Below, one piece after another: positions 1 through 8,824 of a stretch of 64,000 nucleotides of DNA. Under the pieces are notes generated by a model. The model saw only the letters and a list, made by a program, of their open reading frames with translations, ran no database searches and was not told the DNA's origin. This DNA comes from a virus (taxonomy: Duplodnaviria > Heunggongvirae > Uroviricota > Caudoviricetes). The stretch lies in IMG/VR virus record IMGVR_UViG_3300037484_000445, positions 195,863 to 259,862 of that record; one strand, 5' to 3'. The position numbers were made by a program, and so were the translations under genes. Positions within the stretch are counted from its first letter, which is position 1; every line of letters begins with the position of its first letter.

Positions 1-1
1 C

Positions 2-1252
2 CCTCAGGCAGATCCCTCGAACCACACAGTGATCAAGCACGAGGACGAAGGCGGGGCGGCAGAAGAAGAGCCTGAGGGTAAGGAAAAGAAGCCCAAGGAG
101 AAACCGTCGGCGGGCAATAGGGCCAAAGCCTTTTTCAAAGGGCTCTCCGACAAGGCAAAAGCTTTCGTGACTAGCTCTTCGGCTGAAGTACAGAAGTTCG
201 TTTCTGATTCAGAACATCGAAAGCAAACGATGGTGAATGCGGCAAAGGCCGTTAAGGATTCTCCCAAGGTTTACGCTAAGAGAATCGTGGAGACGGTTAG
301 GCACGAGGTTCACGAATTCAAAGAGGCTGGCGAAGGTATAGGGGTGGTCATCAAGGGTGGGAAGATGTCCCCCAAGCAGAAGAAGGCTGTTACAACAGTG
401 GCAATCCACATGGGGATTGCGGTTACAGCCGCTGCTTTGACATCTACGGGCGTGCTTGCTGGGGCTGCGGCCCTGGGCAAGGGTATGGCTCAAAAGATTG
501 CCCTGAAGGCTGCTGCACGCGCTCTAGAGAACATTCATCTGGCACAGGAGATCTCGCACATTGGACACGGGGCTCATGCCTTGGCCCACATCTTCACGGC
601 CGCCGAGGGGGAAAAGCCCGAGAAGGTCAGTCCCGAAGAAGTGCTAGCTATCCTTGTCCTGCAGAGTGTCCTCAAGGAACTCGAGGATTTCAGCGATGAG
701 GATATGGCGTCTGTTCTGGAGGAGGCTTCAGGGCAGGCCACGGAGAAGACAGCCTACGTATTGGCGAAGGTGGACCAACTGGAACCGGCCCTGGAGTCAA
801 TGATGGACATTCTAGGGCAGATCCCGGTGAGGGATTTTGATAGAATCCTAGTGGCCGCCCGAGCTGAATCTGCAACCCTTGATGGTCGGGTCTGGCAGAA
901 GCGTTTTGTTCCTCATTTGGAGAATGTTTACGATAAGATACGTGAGCTAGATGATCCCAAGGAGATCCTCAAGGACATTGAGGCTGGGTACAAAGCTCAA
1001 ACGCTGATTGAGCTCATTTGGCAGGCGTTGACGGCGGTTACGGTTCCCCGCAAAGCTTCTCCCGACTATGCCATCTCGAACATCGAATTCAATCCTGATC
1101 CGACGACGCGTCGTGAAGAAATATCGTACAGTATACAAGTACTTAGAGAGTGGAACCAGGAACTCGAGAAGTGGGTAAAGGACGCCAGGACCACTTTAAA
1201 GGCTCTAGTTCCCAAGGTTCGGCGGGTGATCAAGATTAAGTCCTTGGTGTAA
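2..1252 (+). CDS. 5'-partial hypothetical protein, possibly virion-internal
   Basis: Frame is open to the window edge (no stop upstream of GTG 29); helical K/A/E-rich protein. Confidence 0.6.
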   Translation, partial: PQADPSNHTVIKHEDEGGAAEEEPEGKEKKPKEKPSAGNRAKAFFKGLSDKAKAFVTSSSAEVQKFVSDSEHRKQTMVNAAKAVKDSPKVYAKRIVETVRHEVHEFKEAGEGIGVVIKGGKMSPKQKKAVTTVAIHMGIAVTAAALTSTGVLAGAAALGKGMAQKIALKAAARALENIHLAQEISHIGHGAHALAHIFTAAEGEKPEKVSPEEVLAILVLQSVLKELEDFSDEDMASVLEEASGQATEKTAYVLAKVDQLEPALESMMDILGQIPVRDFDRILVAARAESATLDGRVWQKRFVPHLENVYDKIRELDDPKEILKDIEAGYKAQTLIELIWQALTAVTVPRKASPDYAISNIEFNPDPTTRREEISYSIQVLREWNQELEKWVKDARTTLKALVPKVRRVIKIKSLV

Positions 1253-1261
1253 GTAGCTTAC

Positions 1262-2095
1262 GTGTCAAAACTAAGTGGTCGAGCTGCCAACGTGCCTTAT
1301 TCGCTGTCCAGATGGACTGACGTCTTAGGTGGCAAATGGAACTGGCTTCGGCATCAGCTGAAGCAGGGTTGGATGGAAGCTCTCGATCCGGCAGGGATTC
1401 CTGGTAAGTGGTCGTTGAAGCCTGAGGACACCTTGGGTCTCATATTTTGGACCAAAAACCCTAGCAGTTTGTTGACCAATCTCGATTTGTTCGATGACTT
1501 TCGAGTCAAAGTTCATGTCACGGTAACGGGTTGGACCGAGGTTGAGCAGGGCGCTCCAAACATAACCTTAGGTACGGATCTCCTGTGTTTGTCCGCTCGC
1601 TATCTGGGCGTAGACAACGTCACGTGGAGGTTTTCGCCCGTGCCTTTGGTTCCGGACGCCGTGGAGCGCTTTGAATTCATTCTGGAAAATGCTGCGAAGG
1701 CGGGGATTCGTCAGGTCTTTGTGTCGTTCCTTCAAGAGAACGATCGCTTACCAGAAACACGGCCTTCAACCGAGCGTGTCCGACTCCTTCAACGAATGGG
1801 AGCTATGGCCCACGAACGTCAGGTGACGGTTCGTCTATGCAATGACGACTTCTCGCTGCTTGAGGGGATTGAGGCCACGCCTGGATTGTCCTTGGGCGTC
1901 TGTGCTCCACCCGAAGACTTCTCGTTCGAAGATCAAGTACTGCCCCCTATAGAAAAGTGTGGCTGCGTAAAAGCCGTCGACCCTTTCAGTCTCAACGAAG
2001 CTTGCGCTTACTCCTGTGAGTACTGCTATACGAGTGATAGGCAGATTGCAGACCGTAAACGAAGTACAACAGCACGCTTACCTATCCTCCCGTGA
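1262..2095 (+). CDS. DUF1848-family (radical-SAM-like Fe-S) protein
   Basis: LIFWTKNP motif and C-terminal CGC...CAYSCEYCY cluster. Confidence 0.75.
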   Translation: MSKLSGRAANVPYSLSRWTDVLGGKWNWLRHQLKQGWMEALDPAGIPGKWSLKPEDTLGLIFWTKNPSSLLTNLDLFDDFRVKVHVTVTGWTEVEQGAPNITLGTDLLCLSARYLGVDNVTWRFSPVPLVPDAVERFEFILENAAKAGIRQVFVSFLQENDRLPETRPSTERVRLLQRMGAMAHERQVTVRLCNDDFSLLEGIEATPGLSLGVCAPPEDFSFEDQVLPPIEKCGCVKAVDPFSLNEACAYSCEYCYTSDRQIADRKRSTTARLPILP

Positions 2096-2391
2096 AAGGC
2101 CACACTATGGTATCCCATCTACATTTAGTTGGTGAGCCGCCAAAAGAAGACTCGGTTGATCTCACTGATGGTGAGATCAACATAGCTGTTCCTACGAAGG
2201 ATCTGGAAGACTTTGTACGAGTCCTAGAAGAAGCCCTTCGTCCTTTGGTGCGACCCAATGTTGGAGGCGCCATTAAGTCCTATGACTTGCGACGCCGAGG
2301 GGACAACCTGTACTGCAGAGCTAAGGCTCTTCTTGATGGAGAGCCCGATAAAATCCTGATTTTTCAAGTCGATTGGATGAAAGCCTTATGA
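2092..2391 (+). CDS. hypothetical protein
   Basis: GTGA overlap with the upstream stop; 99 aa. Confidence 0.6.
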   Translation: MKGHTMVSHLHLVGEPPKEDSVDLTDGEINIAVPTKDLEDFVRVLEEALRPLVRPNVGGAIKSYDLRRRGDNLYCRAKALLDGEPDKILIFQVDWMKAL

Positions 2392-2774
2392 CTTGTGGCT
2401 GCAACCAAACACCGTGCATCTGTACCAACTTGATTGGTCCTTGTGCGACACCGAGTACGGCACACATTCCCACGCTTTGCGATTTGGATCGCAAAAATAA
2501 TGTGTGGGTCGAAGGAGCCGACGCCGATGGCAACAACGGTATCTGTCTACTGGACACCATTGAGGAGCCGCAGTTGATTGACGTGCTGCAGCGAGATCCT
2601 TTGGCTCGTACGGATCTCAAGCGTGTTACCAGCAACGTGTACTTACAGAACCTGGCAGACACCCTTCCGATGCTCCCCACAGATTATGAGGGAGATACAC
2701 TTCAACGTGAGCAAAACCAAGGAACCCTAACCCTTTATACCGTTTTTCGCGGGATACCGCCGTTCAACCAATGA
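2388..2774 (+). CDS. hypothetical protein with Cys-rich N-terminus
   Basis: ATGA coupling at 2388 gives MTCGCNQTPCIC. Confidence 0.65.
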   Translation: MTCGCNQTPCICTNLIGPCATPSTAHIPTLCDLDRKNNVWVEGADADGNNGICLLDTIEEPQLIDVLQRDPLARTDLKRVTSNVYLQNLADTLPMLPTDYEGDTLQREQNQGTLTLYTVFRGIPPFNQ

Positions 2775-3064
2775 GTACTGCACGAAAGTTACGACGAAAC
2801 CAAACCAAGGGCATGTCCAATCTGGACAAAGCCATGGCGGCTGTACAACAGATTCAGAAGGCTCAAGGGTCTTTGGAGGGCGTACCTTCTTTGGTTGCCA
2901 GCCTCGAGTCTTTGCGTGGTGACTTAGAGGCCATGGTTCAGCACAATGAAGAGTTGTCGATTCAGGTGGCCGCTCTTCGAGAGACGTTCGTTGAGATTCT
3001 CCCGTACCTGAATTTACCTGTCGACCTTCAGGCCCACATTGAGAATGTGCTAAAGATCGAGTAG
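2771..3064 (+). CDS. hypothetical coiled-coil protein
   Basis: ATGA overlap; heptad pattern. Confidence 0.65.
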   Translation: MSTARKLRRNQTKGMSNLDKAMAAVQQIQKAQGSLEGVPSLVASLESLRGDLEAMVQHNEELSIQVAALRETFVEILPYLNLPVDLQAHIENVLKIE

Positions 3065-3071
3065 AGGTACT

Positions 3072-3575
3072 TTGAGTGACAACCCGATTGAACCAACCCG
3101 TGAAGGCGTCTCCGAATTGGGACCGCCTGATGAAGCTTACCCTAATGCGAGCGCAAGCGATCGAGGACAGCCGCCTTCTATCGTTCCAGGCAGCGTGCAA
3201 CAGGGGAGCGAGCCAAGAGATTCTGAAACGCTACGGGATCATCAGCGAGAAGGATCTCGACCGAGAGTTCCCCGTCCCGAAGAGATAGACCGCTTGGAGG
3301 AAGCTTTGGCCGAGGCCTTTAGCAAGGGTGACCCCGAGAGGGCTTGGTTCTTGTCCAAAGAGATCTTGACCCTGGCTAAGGCCGCCGTGATCGAATCTGC
3401 AAAGTCTCGATATTCCAACAATTTTGGGACACCGGTCTGCGAATCATGCGAAGGTCTTAAGGTAGGGCCTGGGGTTACGGCCACGTGCTTTCAGGTACGC
3501 CAATGCTACTACGATAGTTTCAGATCTGAAACCCTAAGCCCTAAACAGGCACGGCTCCTTAATTTGTTAGGATGA
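3072..3575 (+). CDS. hypothetical protein with C-terminal Cys motifs
   Basis: CESC and CFQVRQCY motifs; co-oriented with neighbours. Confidence 0.6.
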   Translation: MSDNPIEPTREGVSELGPPDEAYPNASASDRGQPPSIVPGSVQQGSEPRDSETLRDHQREGSRPRVPRPEEIDRLEEALAEAFSKGDPERAWFLSKEILTLAKAAVIESAKSRYSNNFGTPVCESCEGLKVGPGVTATCFQVRQCYYDSFRSETLSPKQARLLNLLG

Positions 3576-3661
3576 GGGTTGATTCGTCTTAGGTTATGGT
3601 GTACTAATACAGGCGGCCCTTAGGGGCCTTAAATCAGACCCCAAACCAGAAGGACATGTAA

Positions 3662-4516
3662 ATGCCTGCGAAAAAGGTAACTCTCTCTATCCCCCAGATC
3701 CGGGATGCTCTGGTAGCGTCCGTGGCGGGAGCCGCTACGAAGATCGGGAATTGGTTGGATTTCCTCAATGGTCTTCCCGACCCTCAGCCCATTTCGTCGA
3801 TCGTTCAGCAGGTGGCTGCAAGCCTGCCTGATTCATCAAAGCCCCAGAAGCCTGCTCTGGCTAAGCCGGCCAAGGAAGCGAATATTGCTCCGGCTAAACC
3901 AGCCAAGGAAGCGAAGGCCGCCAAGCCAGCGAAGGCCGCCAAGCCAGCGAAGGCTCCCAAACCGGCGAAGCCCACGAAGGCTGCAAAACCAGCTAAGGCT
4001 GCTAAGCCCGCCAAGACGCCCAAACCTGCCAACGACGCTAAGCCCGCCAAGACGCCCAAGGTTCGTACCAAGCCCACTCTCCCACAAGCTGTAGCTATTG
4101 TGATGGGCACCAAGGTCATGGGCACGGCTGACCTGATCCCTCTAGTCAAGGCACGCGGATGGGCACCAGATTCGAAGAACAATCTGGCGCAATACTTCTC
4201 TGTGATATTGAGTAGCAACAACGGCCCGGGCAAGATCTTCGAACGCGTCGAGACGGGTAAGTATCGGGTCCGAAATCCGGCTCAATTCGCAGCATTGGCT
4301 AAGCAGTACGGAGGCAAGTCGTCGGGAAAAGCCGATAGGGTCACTACCGATGAACCAGCGGATGTTTCTGACGACGTCGAGGTATCAGAAGCACCCGTGG
4401 TTAGTGACCCACCCAGCACCAGCAACCCCGTAGAAGACATTGACGAGGCTTTAGAAACCTTGATCACAGGCACAGGATTCACAACGAACGTTGACGGGTC
4501 TCCACCCGTAGACTGA
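3662..4516 (+). CDS. histone H1-like (PAK-repeat) DNA-binding protein with winged-HTH (HARE-HTH-like) domain
   Basis: AKPAKA repeats at aa 67-133, then ...LVKARGW...YFSVILSS...FERVETGKYRV, then an acidic tail. Confidence 0.7.
   Translation: MPAKKVTLSIPQIRDALVASVAGAATKIGNWLDFLNGLPDPQPISSIVQQVAASLPDSSKPQKPALAKPAKEANIAPAKPAKEAKAAKPAKAAKPAKAPKPAKPTKAAKPAKAAKPAKTPKPANDAKPAKTPKVRTKPTLPQAVAIVMGTKVMGTADLIPLVKARGWAPDSKNNLAQYFSVILSSNNGPGKIFERVETGKYRVRNPAQFAALAKQYGGKSSGKADRVTTDEPADVSDDVEVSEAPVVSDPPSTSNPVEDIDEALETLITGTGFTTNVDGSPPVD
3860..4060 (+). repeat. intragenic degenerate tandem repeat encoding (K/A)PAKAA units
   Basis: For example gccaagccagcgaagg x2 and gctaagcccgccaagacgcccaa x2. Confidence 0.85.
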
Positions 4517-4521
4517 GCGTT

Positions 4522-5031
4522 ATGAATATCGGGGATGTCGTGCTCTACCAAGAGTCCCGGTGGAAGGTTATAGCTTTCGTACCGGGACTCCGTGTATATA
4601 CGTTAGCCAATGCTCAAGGAAAGGTTGAGGCCCCAGATGACGCTGAAGCCCTAGAGGACCTAAGGGTACTGTTCAACCCTGGACAGGATTGGCCGTTTGT
4701 AACGGTACCTGTGCTATCCAAGGGTGGCCCTATAGTGAAGATCTTGCGCGGTGAGACCGAGCTGGAGTTCATGGTTGATTGGGTACCGTCGGACTTTGTA
4801 CGAGCTGGTGGTTCTATCTTTTTCTCACCAGGATTACACCTACGCCAAGGTGAGGTCCTTTCGGGGATTCATCAATTGGGTGACGTTCGAAGCCGTATCG
4901 CCATCTTGCCGTCCTTTGGATCGGCTAAGACGCGAAAACGTCGAGCACAAAAACCTCAGAAGGTTGCGGCACCAAAGACGACGTTGGATCGTTTGATGGA
5001 CACGAGCCCTTTTGATGACGAAGACGACTAG
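4522..5031 (+). CDS. hypothetical protein with C-terminal TLDRLM...SPFDD motif
   Basis: 169-aa ORF ending PKTTLDRLMDTSPFDDEDD. Confidence 0.7.
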   Translation: MNIGDVVLYQESRWKVIAFVPGLRVYTLANAQGKVEAPDDAEALEDLRVLFNPGQDWPFVTVPVLSKGGPIVKILRGETELEFMVDWVPSDFVRAGGSIFFSPGLHLRQGEVLSGIHQLGDVRSRIAILPSFGSAKTRKRRAQKPQKVAAPKTTLDRLMDTSPFDDEDD

Positions 5032-5629
5032 ACGACTACCCGTCCTGACAGAAACCTCTATTGCCGAAACGAAGGCTTTGAGGTTGAGTTTAGCTCAAAA
5101 CTACCAGCTGCAACTTCAAAGCCGTACGGACACCATCTCTTGTCGCCCCGGGTGCCACAACTGTTGCAAGCACCCGGTCTACTTGTCATTGCTTGAAGGA
5201 GTCCTGACCTACCGAGCGATTGTCAAGCAAGGTAAGTGGCTTACCCTCAAACCCAAGCTCATAGACGTATCCAAGCGGACTTGGGGCTTATCCTCCGAGG
5301 TCTGGGCCATGAGTGACTTGGCCTGTCCTCTACTTGAGGATGGTCTGTGTGCTATCTACGAAGCCCGTCCATTCTCGTGCCACGTGGCGTATTCAGTCGG
5401 TTCACCCGACAACTGCCGTCCTGTTAGGTTCGACGGCAGTTTCCTCCCCAAGACGCCTATGATTGAGTTGTTCTCAAAGGAGGAGTCTGCCATTCTCCAG
5501 AGGCATAAAACACGGCTCTTCAGGTTGCCTTTGGCGTCAGCAACTCTCTGGGGAGAACGTATTGATCAAGGTACGCTGGCCCTTGAAGATTCCTTTGGGG
5601 CTATAGTGAAGGAGCCCTCCAATGGCTGA
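5015..5629 (+). CDS. YkgJ-family cysteine-cluster protein
   Basis: CRPGCHNCC, CPLLEDGLCAIYEARPFSC. Confidence 0.85.
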   Translation: MTKTTRRLPVLTETSIAETKALRLSLAQNYQLQLQSRTDTISCRPGCHNCCKHPVYLSLLEGVLTYRAIVKQGKWLTLKPKLIDVSKRTWGLSSEVWAMSDLACPLLEDGLCAIYEARPFSCHVAYSVGSPDNCRPVRFDGSFLPKTPMIELFSKEESAILQRHKTRLFRLPLASATLWGERIDQGTLALEDSFGAIVKEPSNG

Positions 5630-5918
5630 GTCTTCTTGCGCCCTATGCGGATCTGAGATTGATCCCGATACAGGTCATACGACCGTCCTAACGGAAGAGG
5701 AGCAATTGTCGGTAGGTAAGCAATTGAATTCCTTTACGTATTGCGACCCTTGTCATGCGTTGATGCAGAACCCCGATACGGCCTCATCGCTGATGTCTAG
5801 CATGGTAGAAGGACATTTGCGGCGACTTGGTGTATATACAACACCTGGCGAAATAGAACGGCTCAAGGCGAAGATTTTGGATTTGGCCTTGAGCCGCAAA
5901 ACAGAAAGGCCTACATGA
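5622..5918 (+). CDS. small Zn-binding hypothetical protein
   Basis: CALC...CDPC. Confidence 0.65.
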   Translation: MAESSCALCGSEIDPDTGHTTVLTEEEQLSVGKQLNSFTYCDPCHALMQNPDTASSLMSSMVEGHLRRLGVYTTPGEIERLKAKILDLALSRKTERPT

Positions 5919-6439
5919 CACTGGTTATTCAACCCGACACTAAGAACGTGATTGGTCTCTTTGGGACCTGTGACAACGTTCGATGGCGCGACCCTTTCAT
6001 GGCTCGTTACAAGGCGGAGGGTATTCCGTACTTCAACCCAATGATCGACGATTGGAGCGAGGCTTTTGTTCCAATCGAGGCTCACCACCTCGCCAACGAT
6101 CCCATAGTCCTGTTTCCAGTTCTGGACCAATCCTATGGTATGGGATCTTTGTCCGAGATGGGATTCGGCCCTCTACGGGCCATTAAGCAGAACTTCTACC
6201 GGTCCTTCGTGGTTCTGATTCACCCCCAGGTCACGCAAGAACTCCAAGATAAGGACCCGGTGATGGCCAAAGCTTCGAAACGAGCTCGGGCCTTGGTTCT
6301 TGGCCACTTGGCTAAAGTAGCGGCTGACAACATTGTGATCGTTCCAACCTTGGACGATATGCTGGACGTCAGCCTCAAGTTGCAGAAAGCCCACGCCATC
6401 CTAACCGAAGTGGCCCCGATTCGTTTGCAAACAGCCTAA
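5915..6439 (+). CDS. nucleoside 2-deoxyribosyltransferase-like protein
   Basis: IGLFGTC..RWR...YFNP..DDW...EA.HL...SLSEMG pattern. Confidence 0.6.
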   Translation: MTLVIQPDTKNVIGLFGTCDNVRWRDPFMARYKAEGIPYFNPMIDDWSEAFVPIEAHHLANDPIVLFPVLDQSYGMGSLSEMGFGPLRAIKQNFYRSFVVLIHPQVTQELQDKDPVMAKASKRARALVLGHLAKVAADNIVIVPTLDDMLDVSLKLQKAHAILTEVAPIRLQTA

Positions 6440-6456
6440 TCAGCCGATTCTCGCAC

Positions 6457-6496
6457 ATAGGGTTCCTCACAGAGAAATACTGTGGGGAACCCTTAT
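6457..6496 (+). terminator. long imperfect hairpin after the 2-6.4 kb gene run
   Basis: atagggttcctcacag-N7-ctgtggggaacccttat. Confidence 0.55.
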
Positions 6497-6529
6497 GCAT
6501 TTGTGTAGTCACTAGTGTATCTGGTCTTT

Positions 6530-7639
6530 ATGATCCCACTAGAACGACTACGCGCTATCAAACACATAATTGCACACGACAACTGTGCTGACGGGGTAGC
6601 CAGTGCAATGATCCTCAAGGATGTGTTGCCAAATGCCGACGTGCGTTTCATTCAATACGGCACCGAAGAACAACTGAAGCTTCCTGCTGTTGAGGGGATG
6701 ATCTTCGGTGACTTTTCCCCACACATCTCTCGTGTTAAGGAATTCCTCGACGTTGGGGCCGTCGTTTTAGACCACCATGGTGGTCCTGCGGAGTCCGTAA
6801 CGAAGATGTTCATCGAGCAAGGTTTGGGTGCCTTTGCTAGTGAAGCTACGGATCCTGGGAAAAGTGGGGCTTTACTAGCTTACGACAACGTATGGTTGCC
6901 CATGTCCAAAGAAGTGCTCAAGGACAGAGATCCCGTGTCATCTTTGCATCACCTAGAAGTTGTTCGAACTTTGGCGGTGCAAGCTGGGGTGTACGATACC
7001 TGGCAGACGAAGAACTCTTTGTGGCTGATTGCTTGTGAGCAGAAGGAAGCCCTGCACTTCTGGCCGTGGGATAAGATCGAAGTCACTCCCTACAATCTCT
7101 GGCAATCCGAGTTGCTGTCGACGGGCCCTATACTTTTTCAGCGTAATCTAAAGCACGTCAAGAAGTGCATTAAGGGGTCGCATACCTTCACGACGAGTAA
7201 GGGGCTTCGTGTCATGTTCTTCGAGGGCACCAAGCCCTCAAGTGACGCCGCCGAGCTGGTCGAGGACATCGACCTGGTCATTGGAACGGCTTTCTACGTT
7301 GATGCCGGCGAGCCCAAGATGATTTTCTCTACCCGATCTCATACGGGTTTCAATTGCCGAGCTTTGGCCTTGGCTCATGGGGGCAGCGGGCATACCAGAG
7401 CCGCCGGGTTTGCCTGGCCATTGAATGTCGGCGATCCCAACCCGTATTCGCTGATCGAAACAATCCTTGAACGCTACGAGTCCGTTGAAAGCGTATGGAA
7501 AACGATCATTTCTGAGCCTGGATTCGATAAGGGCGTGGCTTCGGGAATCATCAAATCCAGGGATCTGTACCAAAATCTGGTCCTCAATAGGACCTTTCAG
7601 ACGATCACGCCGCCCAGTTCAACAGATCAAACCCTTTAA
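6530..7639 (+). CDS. DHH/DHHA1-family phosphoesterase
   Basis: HDNCADG, DFS, LDHH, GGSGHTRAAGF; start placed 10 nt after AGTGTA. Confidence 0.85.
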   Translation: MIPLERLRAIKHIIAHDNCADGVASAMILKDVLPNADVRFIQYGTEEQLKLPAVEGMIFGDFSPHISRVKEFLDVGAVVLDHHGGPAESVTKMFIEQGLGAFASEATDPGKSGALLAYDNVWLPMSKEVLKDRDPVSSLHHLEVVRTLAVQAGVYDTWQTKNSLWLIACEQKEALHFWPWDKIEVTPYNLWQSELLSTGPILFQRNLKHVKKCIKGSHTFTTSKGLRVMFFEGTKPSSDAAELVEDIDLVIGTAFYVDAGEPKMIFSTRSHTGFNCRALALAHGGSGHTRAAGFAWPLNVGDPNPYSLIETILERYESVESVWKTIISEPGFDKGVASGIIKSRDLYQNLVLNRTFQTITPPSSTDQTL

Positions 7640-7642
7640 ATC

Positions 7643-7681
7643 CCTAGGGAACAGGCTGGTCGTCGAAGCCTGTTCCCTAGG
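7643..7681. terminator. perfect 15-bp inverted repeat between convergent genes
   Basis: cctagggaacaggct-N9-agcctgttccctagg. Confidence 0.7.
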
Positions 7682-7689
7682 CCTCGAGA

Positions 7690-7944
7690 TCACGTTCCCA
7701 GGGCCGCCACAGGACTTCGAGGCTTGTCGTACAACCTCTGACTTCTTGTGGGACCCTGACGTCGAGCCGTCGTTCTGGTAGGGAACTGGAAGGAATCCAC
7801 GATAACTAGGACCTCGTTGCTTGGATTACTGACCAGCTGTTCAAGATATCCTGGATCCCGGACCGCCGCGACAAATCCTCGATATTCTACCAACTTACCT
7901 GACGGCCTGTTTCTTACGATCACAGCTAGCGGGGTGGTCTTCAT
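7690..7944 (-). CDS. hypothetical protein
   Basis: ATG 11 nt after GGTGTA (7956-7961). Confidence 0.55.
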   Translation of the reverse strand: MKTTPLAVIVRNRPSGKLVEYRGFVAAVRDPGYLEQLVSNPSNEVLVIVDSFQFPTRTTARRQGPTRSQRLYDKPRSPVAALGT

Positions 7945-8002
7945 GTCTAGATCCATACACCATCGAAAGGTCTAATAGTCCGTTTTTGCAATCACTTAGG
8001 GG

Positions 8003-8824
8003 ATGGACCCTTTTGCTCACCGCGTAGCTGCTAGGTTCAAGTCCAAAAAGAGGCTTGAGTCTGGCAATACCGTTTACGTCTACAGCCCTAGACAGGTAGC
8101 CCTTCGTAATTCGGAGAAAGCTGGCCGTCTGGAGAAGCTTAGGGGTAGCATCAAAAGCCTCCGAAGCCAGGTTCGCAAGGACTTGGCTTCGGACGACCCA
8201 GATACGGCCCTTACGGCGCTCGCTGTAGCCCTCATAGACCATACTTACGAACGAGTAGGCAACGACGGGTCGGCGGAAGAAAGAGGCCACTACGGTGTCA
8301 CTGGTTGGCAACGGGACCATATCAGCTTCGGTAAGGGCAAAGCCACCATCCAGTACGTCGGTAAGTCTGGCGTCAAGCAGAAGAAGACCATCACGGATGG
8401 TCGCATCTTGGCCGCCTTGAAGGATGCTTATGAGGGCTGCGACGGCGATTCGATCTTTTCCCATGGGGTTGGAAAAGTCGATGCCAGCAAAGTGAACTCG
8501 TACCTCAAGAAGTTCAACGTGACAGCGAAAGACTTGAGGGGTTTTCACGCAAATCGTGAGATGCAAAGCGCTCTCAGGGCCGTTCGATCCAAAGGTGGTG
8601 CCCTTCCAGAGGATCACGATGAACGAGAGGCTCAGCTCAAGAAGGAATTCGAAAAAGCCCTCGAGATCACGGCTGAGGCCGTGGGTCACGAAGCGGCTAC
8701 TTTGAAAAACCAGTACCTCGTCCCAGGGCTAGAGGCCACCTTCCTCAAGGATGGAAAAGTCCTTGGGAGAATGAAGGCTGCTGTCGCCGAGCGTTTCAGA
8801 GAGTACCTCAATGGACACTCGTAA
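8003..8824 (+). CDS. type IB DNA topoisomerase, catalytic core only, with N-terminal RVAARF tag
   Basis: Catalytic pentad context: YERVGN, YVGKSG, TAKDLRGF, VGHE, NQYL. Confidence 0.85.
   Translation: MDPFAHRVAARFKSKKRLESGNTVYVYSPRQVALRNSEKAGRLEKLRGSIKSLRSQVRKDLASDDPDTALTALAVALIDHTYERVGNDGSAEERGHYGVTGWQRDHISFGKGKATIQYVGKSGVKQKKTITDGRILAALKDAYEGCDGDSIFSHGVGKVDASKVNSYLKKFNVTAKDLRGFHANREMQSALRAVRSKGGALPEDHDEREAQLKKEFEKALEITAEAVGHEAATLKNQYLVPGLEATFLKDGKVLGRMKAAVAERFREYLNGHS

Noticed and set aside
1253-1262. aagtagctta shared with 14219-14228 as an att-like site
   Set aside because: Only 10 bp, with no integrase or boundary associated.
3768-4233. Alternative-frame ORFs over the PAK repeats
   Set aside because: Artefacts of stop-poor repeat DNA.
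7895-8689. 264-aa minus-strand ORF
   Set aside because: Antisense shadow of the Topo IB gene; no motifs.
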